Virus record (IMG/VR): IMGVR_UViG_3300008255_000101
Location: 32,001-96,000 of that record
From: a virus
Length of the DNA: 64,000 nucleotides
Reading direction: 5' to 3' (one strand)
Part shown: positions 38,538 through 47,814 of the stretch, piece by piece
Position numbering within the stretch: position 1 is the stretch's first letter
How the letters are laid out: the number at the start of each line of letters is the position of its first letter
Notes under the pieces: model-generated
Database searches by the model: none
Seen by the model: only the letters and a program-made list of their open reading frames with translations
What the model was told of the DNA's origin: nothing
Made by a program: the position numbers and the translations under genes

Positions 38538-38951
38538 TTAGAAGTCACCCACAGTGTTGCTGGGGTCAGTCTTGGTGCCGACAGTGCCGGCACGAGAGAG
38601 GCCCGTAGCGCCAGCGAGATCATCGATACCGGTGATCGTGATGGGGGCAGCCAGACCGGTAGGGTTACCGTCGGTACCGTAGTACACGGTTCCGCCTGCG
38701 TCTTCCACCATCTTGGCCACTTCAGGATCGTTGGCAGTTGCGAAACGCTTCAAGGTTCCTTTTTCTTCGGACATGAGCACTTCACCGGTGTTCACCAAAG
38801 CGATTTCGTCGCTGAAGTTGATCACCAGGTCTTGACCCACAACACGTTGACGGCCGGCGCCAAGTTGTGAGCGTTGTTGAATGTCTTCGAGGTACAGAGC
38901 GCCGACGTCGACACCGCGGTACGTGATGAGGCTGTATTTGTTGAGAGCCAT
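38538..38951 (-). CDS. Small, probably abundant virion protein (possible head decoration)
   Basis: Monocistronic layout: upstream motif, AAGGAG RBS and strong terminator. Codon usage looks similar to the sheath and tube genes. Confidence 0.65.
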   Translation of the reverse strand: MALNKYSLITYRGVDVGALYLEDIQQRSQLGAGRQRVVGQDLVINFSDEIALVNTGEVLMSEEKGTLKRFATANDPEVAKMVEDAGGTVYYGTDGNPTGLAAPITITGIDDLAGATGLSRAGTVGTKTDPSNTVGDF

Positions 38952-39038
38952 GGTATACTCCTTGGTAGGCTTTTACAGTTCCGCCGGCACTGTAGGAGCG
39001 AACCTAACATTACCGGAGTTTCCACTTTCGTGACAAAC

Positions 39039-39070
39039 AAAAACCCCATAATACTAGATTATAGGGTTTT
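39039..39070 (-). promoter_or_regulatory. Hairpin/terminator enclosing a variant late-promoter motif (ATAATCTAGTATT, 39050-39062)
   Basis: Near-palindrome AAAACCC-C-ATAAT-ACTAG-ATTAT-A-GGGTTTT, followed by a T-tract on the minus strand. Confidence 0.5.
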
Positions 39071-39086
39071 CTTCTTTTAGGATAAC

Positions 39087-39746
39087 CTAGGGCTTAACAG
39101 CATCTTGGTACTCTACCTTGGTGGCTTTTCCGTCAGTAGAGAACGGTGCTGTGTAGACGATCTTCTTGGCATAGGCGCCCGAGGGGTCACTAGCACGGTA
39201 GATGAGCTCCTCCACCACATTACCCGTATCGATGGTCCGGTCTATTACCCAGTTGTCCTCATAGTATTCCACTGCGGAAGTGGATAGGGCCCCCAGAGCC
39301 GTTGCAGTGACACGCGCCCAACCTGATGCAGCTGGGGAGTAACCATAGTTATGGGCATTACTTACGGGGTTATCACGGACGTAGCCTGGAGTCACGCCCA
39401 CGACACCCACCGCCCTAGTCAGAGCGGAAGCAATCGCACTCTCCACGCCGGCAGCGCTTACTTCTGTGGCACGCAAGAAGAGTGGGGTGTTCGCGAAGGA
39501 CACACCGTCGAAGGGAGCACCCAGTGCCTGAACTTCCACCAGGGTAAGTTCGAAGTTTACTTGGTCATCCCCGCGAGGCCGTGCGGGGATGTTGGGGATG
39601 TTGCTCTTTACCTGGACATAGTTTCCTGTCACATCGGTCAGGGACAGGTACAAATTAACGGAGGCAACGTCTCCCGGGACTTTGTCGAAGAAAATCCGAA
39701 TCTTGTCTTCTGAGACAGCTAGGATTTGTAAAACTGCATTAGCCAT
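39087..39746 (-). CDS. FN3-like virion protein, paralogue of 57307..57930
   Basis: DKIRIFFDKVPG...NLYLS...KSNIPN...GVESA versus EKITVYWDLLPG...RLYWS...QDNIPN...SVESS. Confidence 0.65.
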   Translation of the reverse strand: MANAVLQILAVSEDKIRIFFDKVPGDVASVNLYLSLTDVTGNYVQVKSNIPNIPARPRGDDQVNFELTLVEVQALGAPFDGVSFANTPLFLRATEVSAAGVESAIASALTRAVGVVGVTPGYVRDNPVSNAHNYGYSPAASGWARVTATALGALSTSAVEYYEDNWVIDRTIDTGNVVEELIYRASDPSGAYAKKIVYTAPFSTDGKATKVEYQDAVKP

Positions 39747-39782
39747 TTTGATTACCTCATCTGATTGGTGACTATAACTGCC

Positions 39783-39795
39783 ATTAGCAGATTAT
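39783..39795 (-). promoter_or_regulatory. Putative late promoter motif (ATAATCTGCTAAT)
   Basis: Motif copy overlapping the glycosyltransferase stop codon, ~37 nt upstream of 39746. Confidence 0.6.
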
Positions 39796-42700
39796 ATGCC
39801 GGAATCCTGTACCCACTGATCAGCGGCCCTCTCCCAAGTGTACTGGGAGACATGATCTCGCACCTTGTCGGCCTCTACCCTGCGGTAGTCCTCATCCTTA
39901 AGAAGGGCTATCACTTCCCTTAAAAAAGCACCCTGGTACTCCGGAGTCCCACTCCACCGGTGGGGCTCCAAACCTTCGGGACCTTTTATGAATAATCCTG
40001 AAGGTCCTAGGGTGGTCAACAGTCCTCCGTAGGGGGTCGTGACCACAGCATTACCGGCTAACCCGTTCTCCACTGCTGTGATGCAGAAGGTCTCGGAGAA
40101 CCACGTAGGGTATGCCCAAATCTTAGACTCCTTCTGCCGAGTCGCCAGTTCTTTTTTGTTTATGCGGCCCAGGTAGTTCACCCCAGGTTGCTTCATTTGC
40201 TTCTTAATGGCCTCTATACGGTCGAGTCCCACCTGATCACCACGAGTCTTAGCCATGGACTCCCAGTTATGGAATCCGTAAGCTACGTCGATTTCAAAAT
40301 CAGGAATCTCCTTGCGGATTTCTGGAAGCAGGTGTAATAACAACTCTAGACCCCTGTCAGGGGAGGAGCTGTACACCATCTTATTTTTCTTGATGCTATG
40401 GTCGACGTCACCGTAGTTGTCATGACGCACGCCGTTGAAGGTCATCAGCATTTTGTCATTGGGTATGCTGTGATGGGTACCAAAGAAACTCTGGTGCCAG
40501 TCGCTAAGAACTCCAAACTTTTTGACAGCCCATTTCATGGTGTCGTAACTCTTTTCGTGGTGGAGCCACACATCGTGGACCATCACGTAAAGGTTGGTGG
40601 TGTGCATCTTGAATGTTTTTAAGGGCTCACAGGTACGGGATAGGATACACATATCAATGTTTCGGTACTCTACATAATCTTTGAACCGGCTGTGGTGTAA
40701 GTAACTGACACCGTCCCGATCTATTTCCTCTACCTTAGGGTCCCCGAACAAAGTGGTCCTGTAGCCCCTCTTGCTGAACTCAGCGGAAAGCTCAGCGGCC
40801 CAAGTCTCCGACCCAGCCATACCCATGTCTACGTCTTCACGACCCCACTTCTCCCACGCTGGTCCTGTGTAGATAACCACTTCTTTCTTTTCCCACTTTT
40901 TGTGGAACAGTTGGTGGTTGTAGGCGTCTTCCTTATCATAGGATTCCTTGTTTTCCCCCTGGTAAGCCCCTCGGGAGATGCCACCAAAATGGTAAACGAA
41001 AGAGTCCAGGGATTGCCCTATGCGGTACCCCTGCTTAGAAATCCTTCGGGCATGGTCAAGATCCTCACATCCATTTTGGTACTGGGGATCCAGGTAACCC
41101 ACGTCGTTCCAAGCGGACTTGGCAAAGATAGTGGCATAGTAGGCTACCCACGCTTGGTCCATATACTTGCCTTCCAACTCTTTGTTCGAATTTTCCATGA
41201 AGGCGTTTAGCTCATCCAGGCGCGGGATGATTTGATCGTATTTCATACCGGGGACTAGCTCTAAACCGCTTGAAGGAAGTCTCATGTTGAAAACGGGTGA
41301 CTGCGGGTCACGGGGATTGCTGTGTAGCCAACCCCTATCACAATTGGATAGCACACCACAGACGGCCAACCTATCGGTGGTCTCCATCTTTTTAACCATG
41401 TTGGTTAGCCACCCCTTCGATACTAGTACATCAGAATTTAGAATGACAAAGAAACGGGAGTCCCCCGTGGCGGACACTCCATCGTTTACCGCTTCCGAGA
41501 AGTTTTTCCTAACGCCTCTGCTACCCAGAACGGTTATACCCTTAAGGGTGTCCAGGTAAGCCCAGGTGTCCTCATTACTACCCGCGTCCGATACCACAAT
41601 ATGGTACGGGTATAGGGTGTTCATATGAATGGATGTTACGCAGGCCTTTAGGTATTCCACTTCATTGTACACGGGGATAACAATGGGTACGGTCTGCTTT
41701 AGGGCCAGGGACTCGGTAGGTTGTGCAGGGGCTGTAACGGCGGGTACCGCAGGTAACGCCGCAGGTACGCTATTGACAATCTGGTCCGCCTTGGCTACCC
41801 ATTTCTTGGTAATGGCGTCCACAGAAAATTTCTGAGCGACATCCTGTCCGTTGAGGCCGACCTGTATACGCTTCTTGATGTCCTTGAGTTCTCTGAGGGC
41901 CTGTAACCATTCCCCTTTACCGTCACAGATATAACCACTGCGACCGGGTTCTATGAACTCCTTGTAGGCAGGCAGAGGTGAAGCCACCACTGGGATGCCA
42001 AAGGCCATGGCCTGCGCTGCCTTAATGTTGGACTTTGCCGGCTGCACATCAACCCGCTGGGGGCACAGAACCACATCAGCTCGGGACATGACTTCCTGCC
42101 ATGTTTCTAATTCCCATTTTTCGTCGGCATTATCCCACTCGGTACACACCACCAGGTCATAACCCGCCTCAGCTATAACATCTTTAAGGTAGTCTGTCAC
42201 CAAAAAGGAATTACCACCCATACCCATGTAGAGAGCCACCGGGTTTAGGGGTACCCCGTCCTGATCAAATCTACGGAGGAAATGGTCGTGGCTCTTTTCC
42301 ACTTTTTCCACAGCGTCTTCAACCACAGCCAATTTTTTGGAGAAAGGTTTGGCTTTTTCTAAAAGAGCCGAGGAACAAGTTATCACCGCGTCAGCGACAC
42401 CCAGGATCTTCTGGACCAGGGGGTTACCCACCAAGTCTTCGTTTAGATCCACTACGACTTTTATGCCCTTAGCCTGGATGTCCTGAATTAGGCCATACTC
42501 TTCCTCGTCAAAAACGGAAGATACCACCACGTTACTGGAGGATAGTTGGTCTAGCAGCCAGGACCTCTCAGCCTTTTGGTAATTTGTAAAGAGTACAGAG
42601 GTCACTCCCTGTTCCTGCATTTCCTGGTGGATGTTTAGGCGCCTTATACGCTGGGACGGATCCACGGGATTAAAGTACCGTAGTAACCAAGCCACCTTGA

Positions 42701-43841
42701 CTTCTTCATGGGGTTTGCTAGGGGCTCTTACAGGCTCGGGGTCGGGGATGGGGCCATCTACTTTACCGGTGAGAAAGATTTTATTTCTCTGGTAATTGGC
42801 ATCCTCCGGGTAATGCATCAAAAACTCTTCTACCACTTCTAAGGACTTTTTGTATTCCCCCCTGTCGTGGTAAATCTTCATGAGCTTATCAAGTGGGTAC
42901 TTCTTATAAAAGGCGGGCTTAGCCCCAAAGAGCCCCTGGGGGTCCTTGGACTTGGCGGTGAGGAATAGTTGTTCGGCTTCCTGCACGTCCCCCTGATCCT
43001 GGTAATAGCACCCCAAGAAATAGTACACTTCGGCGTACTGGTTGGAGTACATGGAAGCTTTCCTCAAGAAGGACACCGCCGCCACCGTATCATTTTTTGA
43101 AAACGTGTAATAGTTGTACATCTTGAGACAAGCCACTACTTTGTTATGGGCATAATCGGTAGGGCCCTTCAGGTATTCCTCGAATATCTTGACGGCCTCT
43201 TCCTCTTTTTTGTTGTCCATTAAATCTTTGGCGTAGTAGAATTTTATACGAGGGGTAGCATCGCCTCTGTCGTACTCCTTCTTGAGTATCGTTAGGTTGC
43301 GGGTAGGATCGTACTCCCTAGTTCTACGATGGTCCACCGCGATATCCGGTCTTTCCAGTCTTCGGTGCCCGCCATGGGTCAGGATGTACTCGTGGATGGG
43401 GTCATACCACCTGAGATCCTTACCGTTACGGACTATTCTCTCACGGGGGAGCGTTACCGATGGGCGGCCCTGGTCGTCGTGGCCGTAATTGTAAGTGATG
43501 TAAACGTAATCGTACTGGTGAAGGGATTCCTTCATATCCAGAATTTTCTTGTAGTTGTCGGGGGTCAGCTCGTCGTCAGCGTCCAACCACATGAGGTAGT
43601 TGCCGGTAGCCTGATCAAAGCTAAAATTTCTAGCCGCCGAAAAGTCATGCACCCACTCGAACCGAGGGGTCTTGTCAGCATACTTGCGGGCTATGGCCTC
43701 TACCTCAGGATCCTCCTGAGTGAGTGCCACTACGATCTCATCGAACAAAGGACCTTGGACGCTCTTTAGGCATCTCTCCAATTCCTTGGATTCGTTTTTA
43801 CCGACTATGACGCAAAGGGACAGTTTAACCTGTTGACTCAT
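39792..43841 (-). CDS. Multidomain glycosyltransferase GT2-TPR-GT4-GT2-GT4
   Basis: GT2: LSLCVIV...DFSAARN...WLDADD. TPR helices. GT-B: KSNIK...AMAFGIPVVAS. Second GT2: IVIPVYN...DAGS...LNSD...EDLD...VYHFGG. Second GT-B: GSETW...YSSSPDRGL...ETFCITAVE. Confidence 0.9.
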   Translation of the reverse strand: MSQQVKLSLCVIVGKNESKELERCLKSVQGPLFDEIVVALTQEDPEVEAIARKYADKTPRFEWVHDFSAARNFSFDQATGNYLMWLDADDELTPDNYKKILDMKESLHQYDYVYITYNYGHDDQGRPSVTLPRERIVRNGKDLRWYDPIHEYILTHGGHRRLERPDIAVDHRRTREYDPTRNLTILKKEYDRGDATPRIKFYYAKDLMDNKKEEEAVKIFEEYLKGPTDYAHNKVVACLKMYNYYTFSKNDTVAAVSFLRKASMYSNQYAEVYYFLGCYYQDQGDVQEAEQLFLTAKSKDPQGLFGAKPAFYKKYPLDKLMKIYHDRGEYKKSLEVVEEFLMHYPEDANYQRNKIFLTGKVDGPIPDPEPVRAPSKPHEEVKVAWLLRYFNPVDPSQRIRRLNIHQEMQEQGVTSVLFTNYQKAERSWLLDQLSSSNVVVSSVFDEEEYGLIQDIQAKGIKVVVDLNEDLVGNPLVQKILGVADAVITCSSALLEKAKPFSKKLAVVEDAVEKVEKSHDHFLRRFDQDGVPLNPVALYMGMGGNSFLVTDYLKDVIAEAGYDLVVCTEWDNADEKWELETWQEVMSRADVVLCPQRVDVQPAKSNIKAAQAMAFGIPVVASPLPAYKEFIEPGRSGYICDGKGEWLQALRELKDIKKRIQVGLNGQDVAQKFSVDAITKKWVAKADQIVNSVPAALPAVPAVTAPAQPTESLALKQTVPIVIPVYNEVEYLKACVTSIHMNTLYPYHIVVSDAGSNEDTWAYLDTLKGITVLGSRGVRKNFSEAVNDGVSATGDSRFFVILNSDVLVSKGWLTNMVKKMETTDRLAVCGVLSNCDRGWLHSNPRDPQSPVFNMRLPSSGLELVPGMKYDQIIPRLDELNAFMENSNKELEGKYMDQAWVAYYATIFAKSAWNDVGYLDPQYQNGCEDLDHARRISKQGYRIGQSLDSFVYHFGGISRGAYQGENKESYDKEDAYNHQLFHKKWEKKEVVIYTGPAWEKWGREDVDMGMAGSETWAAELSAEFSKRGYRTTLFGDPKVEEIDRDGVSYLHHSRFKDYVEYRNIDMCILSRTCEPLKTFKMHTTNLYVMVHDVWLHHEKSYDTMKWAVKKFGVLSDWHQSFFGTHHSIPNDKMLMTFNGVRHDNYGDVDHSIKKNKMVYSSSPDRGLELLLHLLPEIRKEIPDFEIDVAYGFHNWESMAKTRGDQVGLDRIEAIKKQMKQPGVNYLGRINKKELATRQKESKIWAYPTWFSETFCITAVENGLAGNAVVTTPYGGLLTTLGPSGLFIKGPEGLEPHRWSGTPEYQGAFLREVIALLKDEDYRRVEADKVRDHVSQYTWERAADQWVQDSGI

Positions 43842-44010
43842 TTTCGGGTCCTTTCTCTGATATGTGATTTGATCGGAAATCCGCCAGTGCTCTTCGGGCT
43901 TCTTCTTGGGGATCCGTCATACGGGACGCAGCAAAAGACAAGAACCACTCTTTAAGTTGTGGGTCCACTCTGATAGACCACGTGGTCTTGCTGTTGTTTT
44001 TAGTCCGCAT
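43825..44010 (-). CDS. Ribbon-helix-helix (CopG/Arc-like) DNA-binding protein
   Basis: 61 aa with a beta-alpha-alpha pattern TTWSIRVDPQLKEWF...EEARRALADF. Overlaps the glycosyltransferase start by 17 nt. Confidence 0.65.
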   Translation of the reverse strand: MRTKNNSKTTWSIRVDPQLKEWFLSFAASRMTDPQEEARRALADFRSNHISEKGPENESTG

Positions 44011-44030
44011 ACGTATACAAGTGCATACGT
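44007..44030. promoter_or_regulatory. Putative RHH operator: GCATACGT direct repeat and ATACGTAT palindrome
   Basis: GCATACGT at 44007-44014 and 44023-44030, running from the promoter motif to the RHH start codon. Confidence 0.45.
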
Positions 44031-44031
44031 T

Positions 44032-44044
44032 ATTAGAAGATTAT
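44032..44044 (-). promoter_or_regulatory. Putative late promoter motif (ATAATCTTCTAAT) for the RHH-glycosyltransferase operon
   Basis: Consensus copy ~22 nt upstream of the RHH ATG. Confidence 0.7.
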
Positions 44045-44652
44045 CGGTTGTATGTTATAACGTCGGCAACGGTAAGCATGGTACGGTACCTTCCAAGTCT
44101 TTCCTCGGTGAAAAAAGTGTTGGGGGTGAAACCGTACAACCACATCACACTTTCCCTAAACGAACCCGTTAGCAGGAGAGGTACCAGCTGCATTGTCTGA
44201 GCAGCTATTTCCAAACTGGAGAAACCCTCCAAGCTAGGACTAGATATACACTCCTCTCGGAACAGGGCTATAAACTCAAAACCGACCATCATATTTTGAT
44301 TTACTTCCGTGGAGTTATCCACTACTGCCTGAAGCCGGGTGCAGTTGACCTGGTACTCGATCCTAAACCTTTCTTCTGTTACGAGCACACCAAAACAATC
44401 CAATACCTCGTGATCCCCGAAGGACTGCAAAACAAGGTACGCTTCGTTTACCCAAAATGTTTTAGAGTTGTAAATGCATGACCCATCTACAAAAGTTACA
44501 CGGCTTACGTAGTTCATGTCTTTAATGTCCTGTAAAAAGGTGTATGTGAAGCTATCATGGTCGGCTAGGGTGTTTATGTAGGACAGAGCTAAAGCTTGGG
44601 TGTCGAACTTTCCTACCAGAATGCCTGTGGTTTCGTTTAGTGCGTATATCAT
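44041..44652 (-). CDS. Hypothetical protein (possible fibre assembly chaperone)
   Basis: 203 aa, ATGA-coupled to the upstream fibre-associated gene. Confidence 0.6.
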   Translation of the reverse strand: MIYALNETTGILVGKFDTQALALSYINTLADHDSFTYTFLQDIKDMNYVSRVTFVDGSCIYNSKTFWVNEAYLVLQSFGDHEVLDCFGVLVTEERFRIEYQVNCTRLQAVVDNSTEVNQNMMVGFEFIALFREECISSPSLEGFSSLEIAAQTMQLVPLLLTGSFRESVMWLYGFTPNTFFTEERLGRYRTMLTVADVITYNR

Positions 44653-45239
44653 TCCATTACCAGGGTTAGGGTTGGACGAGTGGCTGAGGACGTGGAGGCT
44701 ACATTAGCATTGCCGCCCGTGGATAGAGACCATTCATATACGTCCCAAGTGTTACTTGTACCTACCCCTACGATTTTTTTAGTCGTGTAGCGCTCCCCCA
44801 ACCAAAACAAGTAGGTAGTGCCGGAAGTCAAAGTAGCCCGAGACCCTGAGGCCCATGTTTTGGTGTGGGTGTACTTTGTATCCGCTCCCAAGGTCCCCCC
44901 GTTAACAAACGACACACCCGATGTGGAATTGATACCGATAAACCCAGCAAGGGGTACGGCGTTACTGCCAGACGCTGTCCATATACCCCAGCAGTAGTTA
45001 TACGCCTGGGTGGTGTTGTAGGTCATGGACATGGATACTAGAACTTGATTCGACGGGGGGGTGTACTCCACAAAAAGGGCATAAGCCGAGCTATCCAACC
45101 ACTCTTCTGTAGGGCCGGCGCCCACCTCCCAAAGTATATCCCCTCCCCTAACAACCTGAACGATGTTGTTAGAACCCAGGGCGATCTCGCTCACCCCGGC
45201 TGTGAAAGAATCCATTTGGATGTTAGTAATACTGGCCAT
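44649..45239 (-). CDS. Fibre-tip/receptor-binding-like protein
   Basis: N-terminal IALGSNNIVQVVRGGDILWE resembles the adaptor motif that follows fibre proteins ending in ...YF[LI]. The remainder is beta- and aromatic-rich. Confidence 0.5.
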   Translation of the reverse strand: MASITNIQMDSFTAGVSEIALGSNNIVQVVRGGDILWEVGAGPTEEWLDSSAYALFVEYTPPSNQVLVSMSMTYNTTQAYNYCWGIWTASGSNAVPLAGFIGINSTSGVSFVNGGTLGADTKYTHTKTWASGSRATLTSGTTYLFWLGERYTTKKIVGVGTSNTWDVYEWSLSTGGNANVASTSSATRPTLTLVME

Positions 45240-45240
45240 A

Positions 45241-47814
45241 TTAACCTATGAGGAAATACATCCTACCCGCTATACGGGATGATACTGCGGGCATAGCTGT
45301 TACCACTTCGATGGAGCTTACCGGGTAGGAGGATCCCGTGGCGCCGGCTACAAATAAAGCTGTGGACGGTGTAGCCCCTGTAACTCCCCTAAGACCTGTG
45401 ACGCCTTGAAGTCCGGCACCCGTCAACCCCCTTAAGCCCGTCAGTCCTCGCAAACCCGTAACTCCCCTTAATCCCGTAACACCCTGGATACCCTGGATAC
45501 CCTGGATACCCTGGATACCCGTTACTCCCTGAATACCTACACCTGTTAATCCTCTGAGACCAGTTACTCCGGGTACACCCTGTAAGCCGGTTACTCCTTG
45601 GGTACCTATCCCTGTAGCTCCCGGAGTCCCTGCTAACCCGGTCACACCCCGTAACCCCGAACCAGTGGCCCCCTGAGGCCCAAGTAGACCAGTGACCCCC
45701 TGAGGTCCCGTGACACCTCCTGATGAGTTACCCGTCACAGACGTCCAGGTGTTAGCACCCCAAGTCAGACCCTGCACGGATCTGTAGTTGATAGCGCCTG
45801 AGCTATTAAAGGAAACCTGCATGCGGTACGGATTACTCCCGTCATCCGGGGGTATGAAGTTCAGGACATAAGTCGTCTCCATAGCCCCCGTAGCGGTGGA
45901 CTCCTTCTGCAGGTCACCGTTTATGGAACCCATACCAAACGACTTTATGGATAAGTAAAAATAGTCAGTATCATCGAAAGTGTTACCCACGGCAGCTTGC
46001 ATAGCATCGTTGGCTACGGCCTCCGAAACTGTGGCGCATAATCTCATGGGTGCCAGTATCGATAGCATCCCCAAGGAGTCCAAATGGGTACCGAAGCTCC
46101 CAGTCACGTCGATTACCAGGGCGCAAGCCGCTACGGGGTCGGCGTCCGATATGCAGGATAACAACGTGGCGTTAGTAGCTATGTTGTTTAGATAGGTATA
46201 CACGGCGGGGTCCCCATAGGCGTCATAGGCACTCACTAGCTGCTGCAGCACCCTACAGGCATCATAACCGTGCCCCTTAACACTCGACCCCGCTATGTCA
46301 TTACCGTCGTAGTCACACCAGTTACTGGGTAACCCGTACATGGCCGAATTCTTAGTCTGGTTCTGCTGGAGCAACCATAGCCCATCGTCGTAGACAGTGT
46401 CCCAACCCCTGCTGGGGTCTTGTAGAGAGAACGTGCGTATCGCTTCCAAGTCGATGTAGGAAGGATTGCAGTAGCTGTTCCAGCTATCCCCGGGCCCTAT
46501 CAACCTTTTTGTACCGCTCCCTGTGGTAGCATTGAATGTGTCAAAGTTGTAGATGTTGGCCAGCATGCTTAGGGCATCAGCCTTGTGGGAAGCGTCACCA
46601 AATTTCCCATACATGGTGAATAATATTTGGGCCACATGGATATCCGCATCGGAAGCTGAACCTGATCCCGTAACAGTACCCGTAAAACCTTGCACCTGCC
46701 AGTTCATCAGACCGCGGCTGCTTAGGTTGTCATTCCAGTATGCAAAAAGTTTGTTGAACTTTGTAACATAGGGCGATGAGGGGGAGTCAGCCACGAAAGC
46801 AGCAAGCATCATACCGTAGGAAATACCCTCAGATACAGTGAGTTCGCCAGTGAGGTGGTTTTCATCTATCCATTTTATACGGGCTAGCGTGCCGTCCACA
46901 TTCTCTTCGTAGAACTGGGTGAACCAGGAATCCACGTAGTCCTTGAACTGCTGAGAGTACGTGGCGTGGTTTTGGAAGGTTATGCCGTGGGAGTACATAT
47001 AGCCCGTTCCGTTTAGGACCACTTTGTACACTGTGAAGTTAGATGTGGTCTGCTCCGTGTCGTACTGGAACTGAAGCCCCACTAACTCGCTCAGGGGTAT
47101 GTCCCTAACGGTTCCAAAACCCGAAGGTTGGGCAAAATCGGACCACACTAACTCTAGAGTGGATTCCGCAGCTGCTATGGGTAAAGTTGTGAACCAGGAG
47201 GCTCCGTCCCCAGACAAATGGTCCCGGAGTTGCAGCTTTAGGGCTGTGTCCGATTTATAGGTTACAGTGACACCCATGTAGGTGCTAATGTCCACCGTAG
47301 GCTTGTCAGGTAAGGCCAGTGCCGAGGATTCCTTAAAGTCGAAATTAACACCACCGTAGGGGTACTGCCCCGCGCCGGAATTACCCAATAGGGCTACTGT
47401 TACGGCTAGGGACCCAGTGTCCAATTGTTGTTGTAGATCCCCGACGGCCGGGTCCACGGTAGAACCCAAAGCGTCAATGAAAGACACCCAGTTACCAATG
47501 GTAGCACCTGATGAGTCCCTGCAAAGTATTGGTAGGCTATTGCAATCGGTTAGTACCACATCATTAGTATTCTGGGGATATGTGTAAGTGGGTACAGTCA
47601 CAGACCCAGTCTTGGTGTCAGACAGGTATAACCCTGGCCCCGTGGCCCCGTTTGGGTCACTTTGCATCTGGGCCACTAGCTCATTAGCACTTAGAGCGTG
47701 CCAAGCACTTAGGGCCTCATGGTACTCAAATTTTGTATCCCCCACAACACCTACTGTCAAGTCTGCAGGGGAGTCTGCTTTTAGTGCCTCTATGCTCTCA
47801 TAAACTACGATCAT
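45241..47814 (-). CDS. CBM11/CIA30-like + GH8 glycoside hydrolase + collagen-repeat fibre protein
   Basis: GH8 motifs [29 protein letters not shown] and YDACR. CBM-like [10 protein letters not shown]...VTVTYKSD...WSDFAQP. About 115 aa of GXY near the C-terminus. Confidence 0.85.
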   Translation of the reverse strand: MIVVYESIEALKADSPADLTVGVVGDTKFEYHEALSAWHALSANELVAQMQSDPNGATGPGLYLSDTKTGSVTVPTYTYPQNTNDVVLTDCNSLPILCRDSSGATIGNWVSFIDALGSTVDPAVGDLQQQLDTGSLAVTVALLGNSGAGQYPYGGVNFDFKESSALALPDKPTVDISTYMGVTVTYKSDTALKLQLRDHLSGDGASWFTTLPIAAAESTLELVWSDFAQPSGFGTVRDIPLSELVGLQFQYDTEQTTSNFTVYKVVLNGTGYMYSHGITFQNHATYSQQFKDYVDSWFTQFYEENVDGTLARIKWIDENHLTGELTVSEGISYGMMLAAFVADSPSSPYVTKFNKLFAYWNDNLSSRGLMNWQVQGFTGTVTGSGSASDADIHVAQILFTMYGKFGDASHKADALSMLANIYNFDTFNATTGSGTKRLIGPGDSWNSYCNPSYIDLEAIRTFSLQDPSRGWDTVYDDGLWLLQQNQTKNSAMYGLPSNWCDYDGNDIAGSSVKGHGYDACRVLQQLVSAYDAYGDPAVYTYLNNIATNATLLSCISDADPVAACALVIDVTGSFGTHLDSLGMLSILAPMRLCATVSEAVANDAMQAAVGNTFDDTDYFYLSIKSFGMGSINGDLQKESTATGAMETTYVLNFIPPDDGSNPYRMQVSFNSSGAINYRSVQGLTWGANTWTSVTGNSSGGVTGPQGVTGLLGPQGATGSGLRGVTGLAGTPGATGIGTQGVTGLQGVPGVTGLRGLTGVGIQGVTGIQGIQGIQGIQGVTGLRGVTGLRGLTGLRGLTGAGLQGVTGLRGVTGATPSTALFVAGATGSSYPVSSIEVVTAMPAVSSRIAGRMYFLIG
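45370..45720 (-). repeat. Collagen GXY repeat region, including a perfect (CCCTGGATA)x4 microrepeat near 45482-45520
   Basis: GVTG/GLTG/GIQG repeats seen directly. Confidence 0.85.

Noticed and set aside
45241-47814. GH8 as BcsZ of a cellulose-synthase operon with the nearby GT
   Set aside because: The GT has no transmembrane segments or QxxRW motif, and the GH8 has no signal peptide and is fused to a collagen fibre.
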